NCBI GenBank assembly: GCA_964106915.2
Contig: OZ066914.1
Direction: 5' to 3' (one strand)
Source of the DNA: Podarcis gaigeae
Lineage: Eukaryota
DNA: 64,000 bases
Positions 49,701 to 62,889 of this stretch are shown here, one piece after another; position 1 is the stretch's first letter, and the number at the start of each line of letters is the position of its first letter. The translations under genes were made by a program, and so were the position numbers. Below the pieces are notes generated by a model, which worked only from the letters and a program-made list of their open reading frames with translations, searched no databases and was not told where the DNA came from.

Positions 49701-51907
49701 AGGTAGCAGCTTTAAACTCTTTAAAAGCTACGGAACTAAACTATAGGCAAGACTAACATATGCAGTGTATAACCCAAGGGAAAGAAATATGTTACCATGA
49801 GTGTTTCTGAAGACTCATTAAATAAGTATAAAGTTTAGTAAGTGCTCTCCTATAGAACGAAAATGGTGCTTATTAACACCTTTCTGGAACAAAGACTTTC
49901 TTGGCCAGAGCCATGTAAACATATCACCTAACTTGCTAATTTAGGCCAGCTGAGTGAGCTCACCGACTGCAAAAATAAAGCATAATAATAATTTGAAACC
50001 CATTCTAAATAAACACATCCTAAACAATATGGCATTTACATCAGTGTGTGATATTAGTTTTCAAAGACCTAGTGAACAACATCAGCATGAAACTTACCTT
50101 TAATTAAAGATTTCCGCATTGGCCAAATATAGAAATCCTAGCTTTTGGTACTGCATACTTATCTCTGAAATATTTGAAATGTGCTCCAAATCAAATTGTC
50201 ATTTGCGTGCAAGTTACGACCTGTACCGATTAAAGACAACTTCTTTGCAGAATTTTTATTTAATAGAAATGCAAGTAGCCAAAGGGTGAATGTTAAGTTA
50301 CTTTAGAATATAGTAAAGCAGAGGGGCTTGGATAGCTACCAACGATAGCTCAGCAATGCACATCTGCAAAATTACCTTCAAAACTGTTTGGCCCCTGGCA
50401 CAGAAATACACACATTTCCATGATTTTAGCACTTGGGAACATAGACAGTTTTCTCCTTTATCCTTACCATTTGCTATTCCCCCTGCACGAAAAGCAATGC
50501 CGTATTTTTCCAGATTGTCTATCCAAGATAAGGCATACAGGTGACATTACACACCAGAACATGTTTGAAAAGATTTCACTTAAAATATCCAATTATTACA
50601 TATTTTAGAGAAGCTGTGAATCCTTACAGTCAAAATGGGCATTAATGTCTACTGGAAGAGTGTTAATTTTGTAAAACAGATGCACTTCAGAAACTCTCAA
50701 CAACACTTTCCAAGTTTTGGAAGATTTTGGAACCAAGTTTAGGAACCTTCAGGAAGATCTACAGAAGATAACCAGCTGCCATTTAGGGTCTTTTGCTGGT
50801 TTATCCATCATAGGCAGAGATCGGAGAACCCGTGTGTGCATTCCAATGCACACACTGGGCTTCCCAAGTCTTTGCGTGCAGCTCTAACCCCTCACACAGT
50901 GTTGGGTTCTGAATTAAAGGATCCCCCCAACCCTTAATGGTTGCTTTTGGGGAGCCCCCTCTGAGAAGAGCAAGCCAAAGTCAACCAAATTGCACGCCCA
51001 AAAGCCACCTCAAAAGTCTTGGAGCTTGGCCATAGCCTGCAAATTGCCCATGAGTATTTGAAGGCAAAATAATTTTTATCAGTAGAAAGCACTAAATATT
51101 AAATAGATAATTTCAGTTTCTTAACATGAAAGAAGACATCACTAGTGCCACATTTTAAGCCTGTGGATTTAATGAAAAATGCATGAATTAAAAATACCTT
51201 TAACACAAACGTTCTGTAAAGTGATTAGGGGGTAGAAATGAGTAAGGGATACAATTCACTAGGAAGCCTTTTTTTTAAAAAAAAAGTGACCTTACATATT
51301 TGGAGAAGATTGATATTAAAGATCAGAATATTACAACGTATATTTAATACCAAATTTATTCAAATTTTAAATGGCGACAGTAAAAACTGCTCTTGAGATG
51401 ATCACCGAAGGAGGAAGAGACTAACTTTTGGAAAGGAAAAAAAAGTGAGAACAGACCCTGCTTTATGGATTCCTGTCAGAATAAGTGTTCCAACTTCAAT
51501 TTACCCAGAATGCATGTTATGCAAAGCTACAGCTCACCCAAGCTGCAACCAATCCAATATCCTGAATGCCCTTACAATTCTACCCTCACTAGTTGATTTT
51601 TTTAAAGATTTGTCTGAATCATGTTATACAAAAATAGCTTTTGAAAATATAGGAAAACTATCACGGACACTTTGGATACACAACACTTCTCCAGCTGGAA
51701 GGCAACGGTATTTCAAAAGAACTTTACCTGGGCCAGACACTTCAAATCGTTCAGAAATATGGCATGCAGTATCCAAAAGTATGGCTCTGAGGAAATAATC
51801 TTTTCTTTTTTTCTTTTGTACATTAAGCATAAAGAAATTTTATATTCAACATTCAGTTATGTTTTGAGAAAAACTACCTATTCAAGTTCTACTTCTTTGA
51901 TGCAGCA

Positions 51908-53206
51908 TTAAGGGTTAAAACTTACCACTTTACCAGGCCTTGCCCATGTGCAAATAAATCCCTCCTGACAAGCAGTGACTATACAGTCTTCAAGAAAAAT
52001 TAACACAGTCAGTCTTTCGTGTGCTATCTTTTTACAGATAAGAGGCTCTAACAAAGGAACTTCCTCCATTCTGGGACACAGGGACGTTCCCAAAGTTTTT
52101 GCTGGGTCCGTTTTGGTTTTAGTAACTAGGTTCAGTTTGTCACTGCTCTTACTAGATATATGTCCCATACTATGGTTTCGCTTGTGGTCTTTATCGTGGT
52201 GCCTCTCCTTCCGATCATGTAGTGATAAGGTTGCAAACTTACTAACGCCAGAGGCAATGGCGCCGTCCATGACACTGCTTTTACTGCCAGAATTGGAGAC
52301 GGCAGAATGTGGAAGGCTATTGGACCGTGGAAGAGGAGGGGGCACAGAGTTCCCAGGTGTTGTGATGCTGTTTCCATTACTGCCTGGATTAGCTCCACCG
52401 CTTCCTGCAGGTGGGCTGGTTGCATTCATGACATTTGTGTGTGTCCTTGCTCTCGAGAGGGGTTGGTGTGGGAAGAGGATATCTTCTGTTAGGTCCCATA
52501 AGCATAGCTGCGTGTCCTGGCCCACTGAACCAAACCTATATGTGACACTTACTGGACGACTGTCCGTAGAGTTCCTTTTAGATAGCCTAGACTGCGTGCT
52601 GTTTGCTCGATCCCTTCCAAAATGAAGAAGGTCTTGGAAGTCCTCGTCGCTGCCGCTGAATTCCATTGGGTCGCTTTCTTCTACGCTAGTGGTATATGGA
52701 TCGAAGGCCACGACGCTGACCCAGGATTTGTGTCCATGGCCTCTAGCTATCACTCGGCAGTCCACAAAAGACCAGACAGTCACCAAGTCATCTTCTCCGC
52801 CTGTCACGATGTATTTGCCATCGGGGCTCCAACATGCACACAGCAGCCCTCCAAAGTAGCTTTTCATTGTACCGTGCAACTCCACAGAATCAAAGTTAAA
52901 TACACGAAGAAAGCCATCCTGACTTACACATGCCAAGAATTTCCCATCTGGGGAAAAAGCAAATTCGTTCAGGGCCCCCTCACCTACTGTCCATTTAAGC
53001 AAAGGGTTTCGTGTAGATTTGCTCTTGCATGTATGGACTGCAAAACTTTCTCCTTGTTTGAGTAGCTGATAGTGTGGGGCTGTGGTACCACAATTGTGTT
53101 CCACGTTATACAAGTACATATTGCCACTGGAATGAGCTACTAGGAAGAGGCTTTCTGAACCAGGAACCCATTTTACACAAGTTACTCTGGACTTGTCTAT
53201 TAGTCT
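51908..53206 (-). CDS. WDR20: WDR20 large exon 3; ends GKVVSFNP-stop when the internal donor at 51926 is not used
   Basis: RLIDKSRVTCVKWVPGSESLFL... WD40 repeats ...FICTWARPGKV. Confidence 0.97.
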   Translation of the reverse strand, partial: RLIDKSRVTCVKWVPGSESLFLVAHSSGNMYLYNVEHNCGTTAPHYQLLKQGESFAVHTCKSKSTRNPLLKWTVGEGALNEFAFSPDGKFLACVSQDGFLRVFNFDSVELHGTMKSYFGGLLCACWSPDGKYIVTGGEDDLVTVWSFVDCRVIARGHGHKSWVSVVAFDPYTTSVEESDPMEFSGSDEDFQDLLHFGRDRANSTQSRLSKRNSTDSRPVSVTYRFGSVGQDTQLCLWDLTEDILFPHQPLSRARTHTNVMNATSPPAGSGGANPGSNGNSITTPGNSVPPPLPRSNSLPHSAVSNSGSKSSVMDGAIASGVSKFATLSLHDRKERHHDKDHKRNHSMGHISSKSSDKLNLVTKTKTDPAKTLGTSLCPRMEEVPLLEPLICKKIAHERLTVLIFLEDCIVTACQEGFICTWARPGKVVSFNP

Positions 53207-55672
53207 CTGGAAAACAAAGGAAAGAAGGTACACATCAGAGTCATCTCAGTTTTGATTTTTCATTTAACAAGGTAATTAACTTTCTGCCAGTCGGCATTTA
53301 ATACGCAAAGTTATTCTACTTGCAGAAAACAAGCTTATGACTACTTCAGTTCTAAGCTACTATGTGCTTTTCTTACCCCATGTAGATCTGGAGTAACATT
53401 ACAATGGTCAGCATGAATTGTGGCAAGCCTCCCTTAACACAGTTTAATGAAAAAAAAGAAAGGCTGTGTACATTATGGGAAGAACTTACTCATCAAATCT
53501 GAATCTGACATAGATTTGGGGGGGGGACCCTGAAAAGACAACCACTTAATTCGTCCTTGGAAAAGGGAACCTGGCTTTAAGGATCCAGAAGAGAAGAAGC
53601 AATTTAGTAGAATAATGGGACCACTTTAGGTATTGTAGCTCTACCTTACTGAAGTGAAAATAGGAAGGAAGAAGATGTTATTTCAACAAAAATAATGGCA
53701 ATTGCAAAGTATGCTCAACTTAAAAAATACTTTGACAGTCTGGACCTAGGATGGGGAAGAGAGATCTAGTATCTGGGAAAGTTAAAATATTTGAGCCACT
53801 TAACAAATACTGCATTGCTTTTGTGTAGAAGATGTCTAGACATTCAAGGTAATTAGTTACGATAGATGGAAGAGATTTTCAGTTGCGGATTCCACCTTCC
53901 AATTACCTGTGCTGGGCTTCTATGCACAACCAATGCAATTTAGCCTGTGGGTTCATTATCTTTAAGTGATAGTAATGGCACTTCTGTGGGTTTTATCATT
54001 ATTCTGCCAACCTAAGCCATTCAAGCATCACAACAAAAAAAGGGAAGAAGCAAATAACAGTAATACCAGGTGTGTGTTTTTTGTAACCAGCCATAAAACT
54101 AAATATCCTTCCCTTTCTGGAATACTGTAGTATGTCTTCAACTGGGACACAACTTATTTTATTTATTTAACCAAAATTTATGATACAAATCTTTTTCACT
54201 AGTACAGTGATGTAAAGGCTGCTCACTGAGGGAAAACACTTACTATAATTTCAATAATCCTTGGAGACTATAGAAAAAAAAAACCCATCAAATTATGAAA
54301 TGTGAAAACTCCATCCTAGAGTTCTTGCCCTGTCTTGTTCAATATAGGATATACATCAACGGGACAAATTGTGTACAATGCACAATAGGTTAAATGAGCA
54401 GCTGTAGCTAGAAAATGCTGGGATGGTCTAGAGAAGTCCATGGAAGGAGGACGGCAAATGCTGATTTCCCCTCTGGGCTTCAGGGGAACCTGCTGGATAG
54501 GGTGGGTTGAGGTTTGGGGGCTAATGGATCCCTGATAACCTGGAGTCAGTAGAAGCAAAGAAGGTTTGCATTTCCCCAGCGTGAGGGTGGGGGAGAGAAA
54601 GATGGTAATATTAATAATAAAGAAGAGAACAGGACACTTTCCTTTTGTGAAACCCCTTACATTAAAGCTTATCCTGGGATCCAAGTCCAATTATCAGCAA
54701 TTACCCCTCCCCATGGAAGATGCCACCCCCCAACACACATTTCCCCATCTCACATTGTTCTGGAGAGTCTTTTCTCACGTGGGCGGTAGCAGGAGAAGAT
54801 GAGAAAGTCTCCTGTAAGCATCCTTTTGTCAACTTATCATAGGATTCAAACTAGCAAATTTATAGTGAGATGCAGAGTTCTTTTACTACTCTTGTCTCAG
54901 CAAACGTCAAAGAAAAAAACATGCCCGGCTCAAATCCACCATATTCTATACTAAGGTGACCACTTTCAGGAATATGCCTCCTGAACCCCCGAACAGTGAA
55001 ACATTTTCAGCCAATGAAACAAAAGAATGTTTTATAGGTCTGGCTATGAGTGGATAGAAGGCAAGAGAGAACAGGACCCAAAAAACCCCAAACCCAATCC
55101 AGTTTATATTCAGGGTTACTCAAGGATCCACCTTCTAGAATAATTCGACTGAGTCATAATCAATGTTAGACTTCCAGTTAACGATTTTACTGACACAGGT
55201 GCTAGAAATGCACGAATGTGTTTTGAACGTGTTTGCAACTACCTGAGTTGCTATAGCAAACAGCTGAGCACATTTATGAGTGGATAGAAGGCAAGACCTT
55301 TAAGCATCAGATTTTAGAGACTCACTTTAAAGTAGAATTTGTATTCAAATTAAATTACAGATCTCTCTACTTTAAAAATCTGGCAGCCAAACATCGCACC
55401 ATCATGCGGTATACTAATCCTCAACAAGTTAAAAGAGAAAAAAATGCTTCTTTCAAGTTGCACCACATTTTTTTATTATTATTATCTATCATCATCAGTA
55501 AGAAGGCATTAAAGCCAATACAAAATTGTGGAACAAGGTTTGTGACTTACAACTGCTCTCACAGCGTTGTATTTTCTTTACAAACCACTGCAATGAACGA
55601 TAAACTATACCTAAAGAAAGTTGCAGCACATTTTGTCCAAATTGTGCTGATCCATCTTTGGAGAGCTGATGA

Positions 55673-55817
55673 TCTGGGATAGCTAAGTCAGTAGAGCATG
55701 AGACTCTTAATCTGAGGGTCGTGGGTTCGAGCCCCATGTTGGGCCAAAGACTCCTGCGTTGCAGGAAGTTGGCCAAGATGACCTTTGTGGTCCCTTCCAA
55801 CTCTACAATTCTGTGAT
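55673..55817 (+). mobile_element. tRNA-Lys(CTT)-derived SINE with CR1-type tail
   Basis: Head 55673-55745 is tRNA-Lys-like with a broken acceptor stem; tail GATGACC...GGTCCCTTCCAACTCTACAATTCTGTGAT. Confidence 0.8.
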
Positions 55818-56620
55818 CTTGCCTTGTATGCAAAAGGAGAACAGGGGAAGGTGTTTGGGGGCATAGTTGTCTTACATTATGAATTACCCACCCCTCTAGA
55901 ATAGTTACTAAGCAATCCAAAAATCACTTTCATGGTCCCCAAAAGTTTCATGGTTCCAAAACTGTCTTGGGCATGCAAAGGCTGGTATGTATGTGTGCCA
56001 GTTTCATTGCATGGTAAAATACTTGAAATTGAGGAAAGCTGCAAAGCAGTAAGCTGTTCAAGCTAAGAAACCACTGAGTGCAACTCTCCTGAAGGAGCTC
56101 TTCGGATGCAGCTGTCCAAGCTCAAAGAGCTAATAAATTTATGTTCTGCAAATATGCAAGCCTTTAAGCATTAATATTAACTGAAATAGGTCTAGAGCAT
56201 CCCATATAACAGTTCATGCAATCATAGAATGGTAGAGTCTACCCATTTCAGCACTGTGTCTACTTTATTTTATTTTTTTGCCGCCACAGGCAAAATTGTT
56301 GGGCCTTGGATTGTTAGCCACCCTTGGATTAGGAGATGATACAGATGTAACGCTGCCCACAGTTTAAGTGCACTGATGTAGCCCATACAGTACTCCAGTC
56401 TTCTGACAATAAGCAAATGGTGATAAACTGAGGGTGTGAGAAAAACCACCACCTCTTCCATCTCATAGAATGTGATATAAATGTGCTTTCCCATTTTCAA
56501 AGGCTTCCCCTAGTATCCCCCCAAGGTGACTATTTTCAAATGGAAAAACAAACATGCATATGGAGAACTCATAAAAGAAAATAAACGTTTGCATGCACCA
56601 AGATTACGGTATCCACTTAC

Positions 56621-56803
56621 TTCCTCATTAAATAATTTGCTAGTTTCTTTTTTAATAGGATCTATAAGTTGCACCTGGCCTGCAGAGAAGCCCACTAGTA
56701 GAGAAACACTTTCTGCCGTGGCTGTTAAATGATTGAAGTCATGACACGTTGGTTGTGTTCCTTTGTATATCCTTTTATCTATTGGTTTACTCAAGTCAGC
56801 AGC
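56621..56803 (-). CDS. WDR20: WDR20 exon 2 (exon 1 lies beyond the right edge)
   Basis: AADLSKPIDKRIYKGTQPTCHDFNHLTATAESVSLLVGFSAGQVQLIDPIKKETSKLFNEE|GTAAG. Confidence 0.97.
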
Positions 56804-57206
56804 CTGCAAAAAGATTGAAAATAAGATTAGCAATGAATATAACGGTACTCTAGTGTGCTCTACAATAGAACAAGTCTGATGTTTGTAGCAACTGTGGCAA
56901 CAATGCAGGATTAAAACCCAGAGAGAGTTTAGAAACTAACTTTAAGTAGACCATTTGGAAATCATGTACTAAAGAAACAGCATTTATTTATTTTTTTGTA
57001 TAGTCGAGAGTCATCAGGAGGCCAAAATATATCTAGTCACTCATGTACTGACCTCTTCAGAAATGGACACAGTCTATCAAAAGTTGGCACCACCTGGTCT
57101 TCCCAGTCGGACAGCACATGCATTCATGGAAAGCATTACACAGTAACATGCACATTGGCAGCACATTCAAAAATTCAAAGAATTTGCAACTGAGTATTGA
57201 TATCTG

Positions 57207-57482
57207 AGTATTGGAGCCTCAGCTTCACCATCTGTCCTTCCAGGATGCTCACTTTGGCCACCTCATGAGAAGAGAAGACTCCCTGGGAAAGACCCTGATG
57301 TTGGGAAAGATGGAGGGCACAAGGAGAAGGGGACGACAGAGGATGAGATGGTTGGACAGTGTTCTTGAAGCGACAAACATGAGTCTGACCAAGCTGCAGG
57401 AGACAGTGGAAGACAGGGGTGCCTGGCGTGCTCTGGTCCATGGGGTCACGAAGAGTCGGACACGACTAAACAACAACAACAA
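57207..57482 (+). mobile_element. BovB (RTE) LINE 3' fragment with inverted 5' piece
   Basis: FGHLMRREDSLGKTLMLGKMEGTRRRGRQRMRWLD...GVTKSRTRL and a (CAA)n tail. Confidence 0.9.
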
Positions 57483-59599
57483 TGAATATCACAATTCCTT
57501 AACAAGAAGTTCCCTTACAAGTAAACATAGTGGACCAAAGGTTTTACTGTATATTAACACCTTAGTACAAGATTCGGATGACATGAAACTGCTGGCAGGT
57601 GGCTATCCTTGTTTGAAGCAAAATGTTCCAAGAATCCGTAACTCCACTGTATTAAGCGGTGTGTGCCAATAAGCTTCATGCTCTACATGAAATGCATTGC
57701 TGCTTCATCTCTGGTCATCAGAGTCATTATCCATTATCACAGAAGAGTAGTGCAATGGCATAGAGCTTCTGGTTTTGAAGGCTATGAGGTTCATCAGGTA
57801 CCCCAGATAGGTCACTCCACCAGTCTAATCTATTTTATCAGCCTGTTGAAAGGATAATTCTGCATCTTCCATTTAGGCCAATTTGTACCAGGCCCCCACA
57901 GGACCTGAACCATGTGCCCCTAAATCTGTTCTGGGGATTCCCACAACCCTCACGAGTACATTTGTACTGCCATGAATGCAGGGAACACCTAGGGAGAGAA
58001 GATGGGAGAAAAGTACTGTTGCACAAGCATTAACCCTTGAACTGGTGGGACAGTTACTTAGCACTGTCTCAGACGCAAGTCAATGCAGTAGGACTACCTA
58101 AAACATATGGTAGAAAAAGACTTAATGTTCAGTGTGGCATTGGCACAATAAAATAGCAGCTCCATGTTAAGCTCTCCAACTTCTCATAAATTGAATCTCT
58201 CTTGCCCATTACACTATGTCATCACATTATGAATTTGCACATGAGGCACACCGCTGGCTGCCATGAATGAATCGGCAGAGAAGCTCACATTCCAACAGGC
58301 TGCAGCGGAGGGAAGAAGAAAAGTAAAAGAGAAGAGCCATTGGCTCTGCTAAGAGGAACTAGCTGTCTTTTGGATTCTCAACTATGCCATGGCAGCAGCC
58401 ATTCTATCAGGCTGTAGCAGAGGGGGAAATGGAAAGCAAGGCCACACGATCTGCTGTGCTGAAAGACCAGCTCCTCCAAACTGTTTCCATTCTAACTGGG
58501 TCATTACAACACTCTACTTTTAAAACATTTGCATCCTCCACTCACATTCCTTTTTCCTTTTGTATCATACCTTAGATTATAAGCCCCAGAGCGGGGGCTG
58601 CATTGTTTTTTATTGATCTTGTAAGTCATTCTGGAATCATTTTTGGCTGAAGAGTGGGATACAAATATTTTAAATAACTAGTGCATGGTGATATGTCATA
58701 AGTAAATGTGCCTGAGCATTAGAGAGAGATGCAATAATTCAAAACAAGGTTTCTGCAATCTTTGTCAAGCCTAACATCTAGTTTCATCTTTATTGTCCAT
58801 CATGAAGATGCTTAAAGATTACAAGAGCAATGTTAATATGTATTATTCTAGTAGGGTCAACAATGGAACTAACTGAATTGTGGAAGGTGTATTTTTCCAT
58901 ATGACCCCTGCTATTAAGAGACAGTTGTGGCAATAGCGTCCTTAATACTTTTTAGTACAAATTATACAGCTGACAAGTAAATTAAATACTTAATCTACAT
59001 AGTGTTAACTTGGACATCCTGAGAACAATCCTAAGGCAGTGGGAAGAACAGCTGGGAGGCTGCTGACCTACCTCTGTGTGGTTGGGAGAGAGTGGCCTTG
59101 AGGTCAAAGACCCAACACCTGGTGCAGCAATAGCAATCTCTGCTGCCTTTGGTGATTTAAACTAAGATCTCAAATATAATGTATTAGGAACTTAATCACA
59201 AGTAGACTTTAAAGGCTGTGATATTGGGAGCAAGCACTTGGCAAATATATTAGAAGAACTGTGATTAACAGAACAAGCCTACCTATGTCTACTCAGAAGT
59301 CCTATTGAATTCAATGGTACTTGGTATAGTTGGGAATGCAGCCTTAGGCTTTCCCGTGAGGCAGCATAAGGTAAGCAAATGAGTTTATTTTCTACCTCCT
59401 TTATAGGAGAAAACTGAATTCCAAATGGCTTGGGAACAATATTTGTTTTATGTGCACTTGCCTTTCCCTCCAATTTGTGCACAGAGGTTTCATTCTAACT
59501 ACTGGAAACTTCACCCAGATTTGTTGTAAACTCTAATTTTCTGTTTTCCTGTGGACAGGAAACATGGCTTTCAAGGTAACAATACCAATTATACTATAT

Positions 59600-60231
59600 C
59601 AGTGGTGGCGAACCTTTTAGAGACCGAGTGCCCAAACTGCAACCCCAAACCCACTTATTTATCACAAAGTGCCAACATGGCAATTTAACCTTTATATCTC
59701 ATTTTTTTCTGTGTGTTTCATGTTTCTTCTTTATGGCTGCTGTTGTAATAAACAATCCTTCATAAAAGTTATTGCATTACATTCTTCATTAAATTATCTT
59801 CCCAATGATATATAATTTTATGGTATAACTCAGTGCTTTTTTTCTTAAAAAATGTTTAATGGCATTCTCATATTGACTCAAGAAAATCACCACCGGGGGA
59901 AAATAAATACAGTTCAAATCGGGGAAAATAAATACAGTGAATTTCTTCTCCCATTAAATTCACAAAATGTTTAGGGGTATGCGTCCCCACAGAAAAAAAG
60001 CACTGGCATTACTCCAAAACAAAGTGGTGTTATGAGCCATCAAACCTCGCAAATACGTTTTTTTCCAGAAGGTTCCACAATTTTGGCCACTAGCACACTG
60101 GAGGGCTGTACTAAGACCCACCCTCTCCCAATTTTTAATGTGAGATAATAGCGATAGTCTGCGTGCACACATACAAAAAAAAAAAAAATACATAAATAAA
60201 CCCAACCAAATGGGCGGGATACAAATAATAC

Positions 60232-60262
<31 letters not shown>

Positions 60263-60684
60263 ACTATTATTTGCCGTTTCTTCGGCTGCCGTTTGATCGC
60301 AGCCTCAATGGAATGAATTTCTCTGTTGGCTTCTGCGGGAAAGCCCAGCAAACATGTAAACCCAGCAGCCCTTTCTTAGGTTGCCATCTTTATATGCTTA
60401 CTGACCTAGGTGTTGAGCCCTGCTGAACCCAAGGCGGCTTACTCCCAAGTAGGAAGAACAGACTGGCGGGAGGCCCTGGTGCATCAAAAGTCAATGCTTG
60501 CTCAGCCCCTTGTTCGCTCGCCAGGCCCTGGTGCCACAGAATTTGGATGGCGCACGTGAGCCCTCCTCTCCTCCCCCACCCCTGGCACGGAAGCTACGGC
60601 CCTGATGGGGCAACGGCACACGTGCCCACAGAGAAGGCTCTGAGTGCCCTCTCTGGCACACATGCCATAAGTTCGCCACCACTG
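59600..60684. mobile_element. About 1.1-kb non-autonomous hAT element
   Basis: 14-bp TIR CAGTGGTGGCGAAC / GTTCGCCACCACTG; degenerate 8-bp TSD. Confidence 0.8.
60232..60262 (+). repeat. (TGT)n microsatellite inside the hAT element
   Basis: Direct reading. Confidence 0.9.
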
Positions 60685-62889
60685 CACAATATGAACCCTT
60701 CTTCGCAATCTGAAGCAGTTCCTAAGTTTGTTGAGAGGTTGTATCTGAAAGGTGCTCTGTGCTTCCACTCACACTAAGTAACTCTTCAAGTTATACTACC
60801 ATGCTTCCTCAGATCCAGCCTCAGTACTTAAAAGAATTGGAATAAAAGCACTGAACATTTCATTATGTCTAAATGCTTCAGATACCGTTTCCAAAAGCAC
60901 TGAATTAAATATAACCTCTGCCATTTCATATTACAGCACTAACATATTTAATAAGAGTCCACTAAATTTAAGAGACTGTGCAAGCCAGAGGGCTAACCAC
61001 TGGACCTGGGGGCAAGCAATTTTTAAAGGGTTTGTTACAAATATAAAGAGCACCCCATAAGTAAAACAGAGGAAGCAAATACATTAACTATCTTTTAACT
61101 AATCTTGGTTTTTAATGCTCTGAAGGATACGTTTCTCACCTGTCTAAATGGGCCTCTGAACAATGACTTTTTTTATTAGATGGGAGGAGAAAAGGACTGA
61201 TGGTCTTTGCTCTTAAACAACTTGGGAGCCGTGATATTTTTCATTCATTATTCTTACCATGCTGGAGGAACACATTAATACTATTGCTAAACTATTCTCT
61301 GCAAGACAGATACTCAGTGTGAAGACATTTCTGCATGACACACCGGTAAAGGACAGTCATCAAAAACAGATCTAGCATCAAATTGGAGCCAAGCAAGCCC
61401 AGAAACACATACACACATTGCATTTTATGTGCCCATTTTTTCTTGGCAAGAGATACTGAAGTCGATCTCTTATGCTAACCCCAAGGTGCCTGGATGACAA
61501 AATATGATTTTGCATAGGGTTCTATCTAATCCACACCCCACTTCCAACATAATCTTCCAGGAAATCTGCAAGTATGGTATGAAGCAAACAAACTTCTACT
61601 GATGTTTATCCCCAATCCCTGGTATTTTGGCATACTTCCTTTGAACATGGTGGTTCAATTTAGCTATCATGGTTAACATTCTCTACAAATCTACCATTTA
61701 GACTGGAGACTATCACAACATTTTATTGAATAAAATTCCATGAATTATGTGGGAATTTACCAAATATTATGGTTTACCACAAACCAAATCTCTGCTCTTC
61801 TAATATTGCTGATAGGGTTACCAAATACCAACATCAATCTATTCAAAGCTAAGTGGCAACAGCATCCGCTATGGTTCAATTTTCTCTTCCCCACCTGCAC
61901 TACCCAAAGATGTGGCCAATGCTAATGTGTAGCAAACGAAAATACTGTTTTGAGAGTCCTAGATAAACCTTTTATACCAAGATGAAAGATACATGGTGAC
62001 TTAAATTCAGGTACTCCTTGGGCTGCCACCTTTTTCCTTAGGTCTGCTTCTGTTCTTGTAGCAACCTGACACACAATTCAGATTAGGCTTTTCCCGACAA
62101 ATATATAAGGTGACAGGAAAAAGTTTCACCTATTTATCATCTGTATGTCAGACTGCTGTTAAGCAGTCCATTTTTCCCTAACATGGACATAAAGCATCCT
62201 TCTATCACCTTGCATCCTCCAGGTGTTTTGGATTACAATTCCCAGCAGCTGAAGAAGGCTGACAAAGTTGTGAGAATCGCCAACTATATTTCTGCTTCAA
62301 AAGGTGAAGGATTCAGGATCTGTGAAGTGTGGCAGCCCTAGTTACTACTCATTGCTACCTACTGCATTTCATTTCATTATAATGAGTATTCTTTACTTAC
62401 TATAGAAGTGACAATTTGTTCCATTTTGTGACACTGAAAGCAAGCACAAAATTACCCGTCACTATTGGTATCAACTGTGGATTTCAAATATCCAGCTAAG
62501 TTTATTTGGGACAAATGTAACTATCTAAACTTCAGAAGACCGCACAACAACAACAAAACTTTCCACATCCTTGCCCCAAAATCTCTAAGCTTATCAACCC
62601 AGCTTAAGCAAAAACTGTATCTTAAGCCAAGGTGTAAAAATTGCTTTCACATTCTTAAATGAACAGAGGGACAATGTATTAAGCAACATTTAAAAGTTGT
62701 GGTGGGAAGCAGTCAGAGTTAATAAATGATTATGCCAATATTTATATTAATAACTGACACAATTTAGCAAACACAAATCCTTGAAAAATCACACTGGAAG
62801 TCAGTTTTCTTATTTATGCACCCAGAGGAACCAACTGAGGGTGTTGCTGTTTTTAATGGTAAATTACTGCCCCAAACACAAAGTCCTGC

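Noticed and set aside
51975-52625. 216-aa plus-strand ORF
   Set aside because: Antisense shadow of WDR20 exon 3 in codon register; GTG start and no independent homology.
55673-55745. Apparent tRNA-Lys(CTT) gene
   Set aside because: Acceptor stem and D-arm are mutated, there is no T-run terminator, and it runs into a CR1-type tail, so it is a SINE head.
57211-57672. 153-aa plus-strand ORF
   Set aside because: Truncated BovB ORF end running into unique flank; not a host gene.
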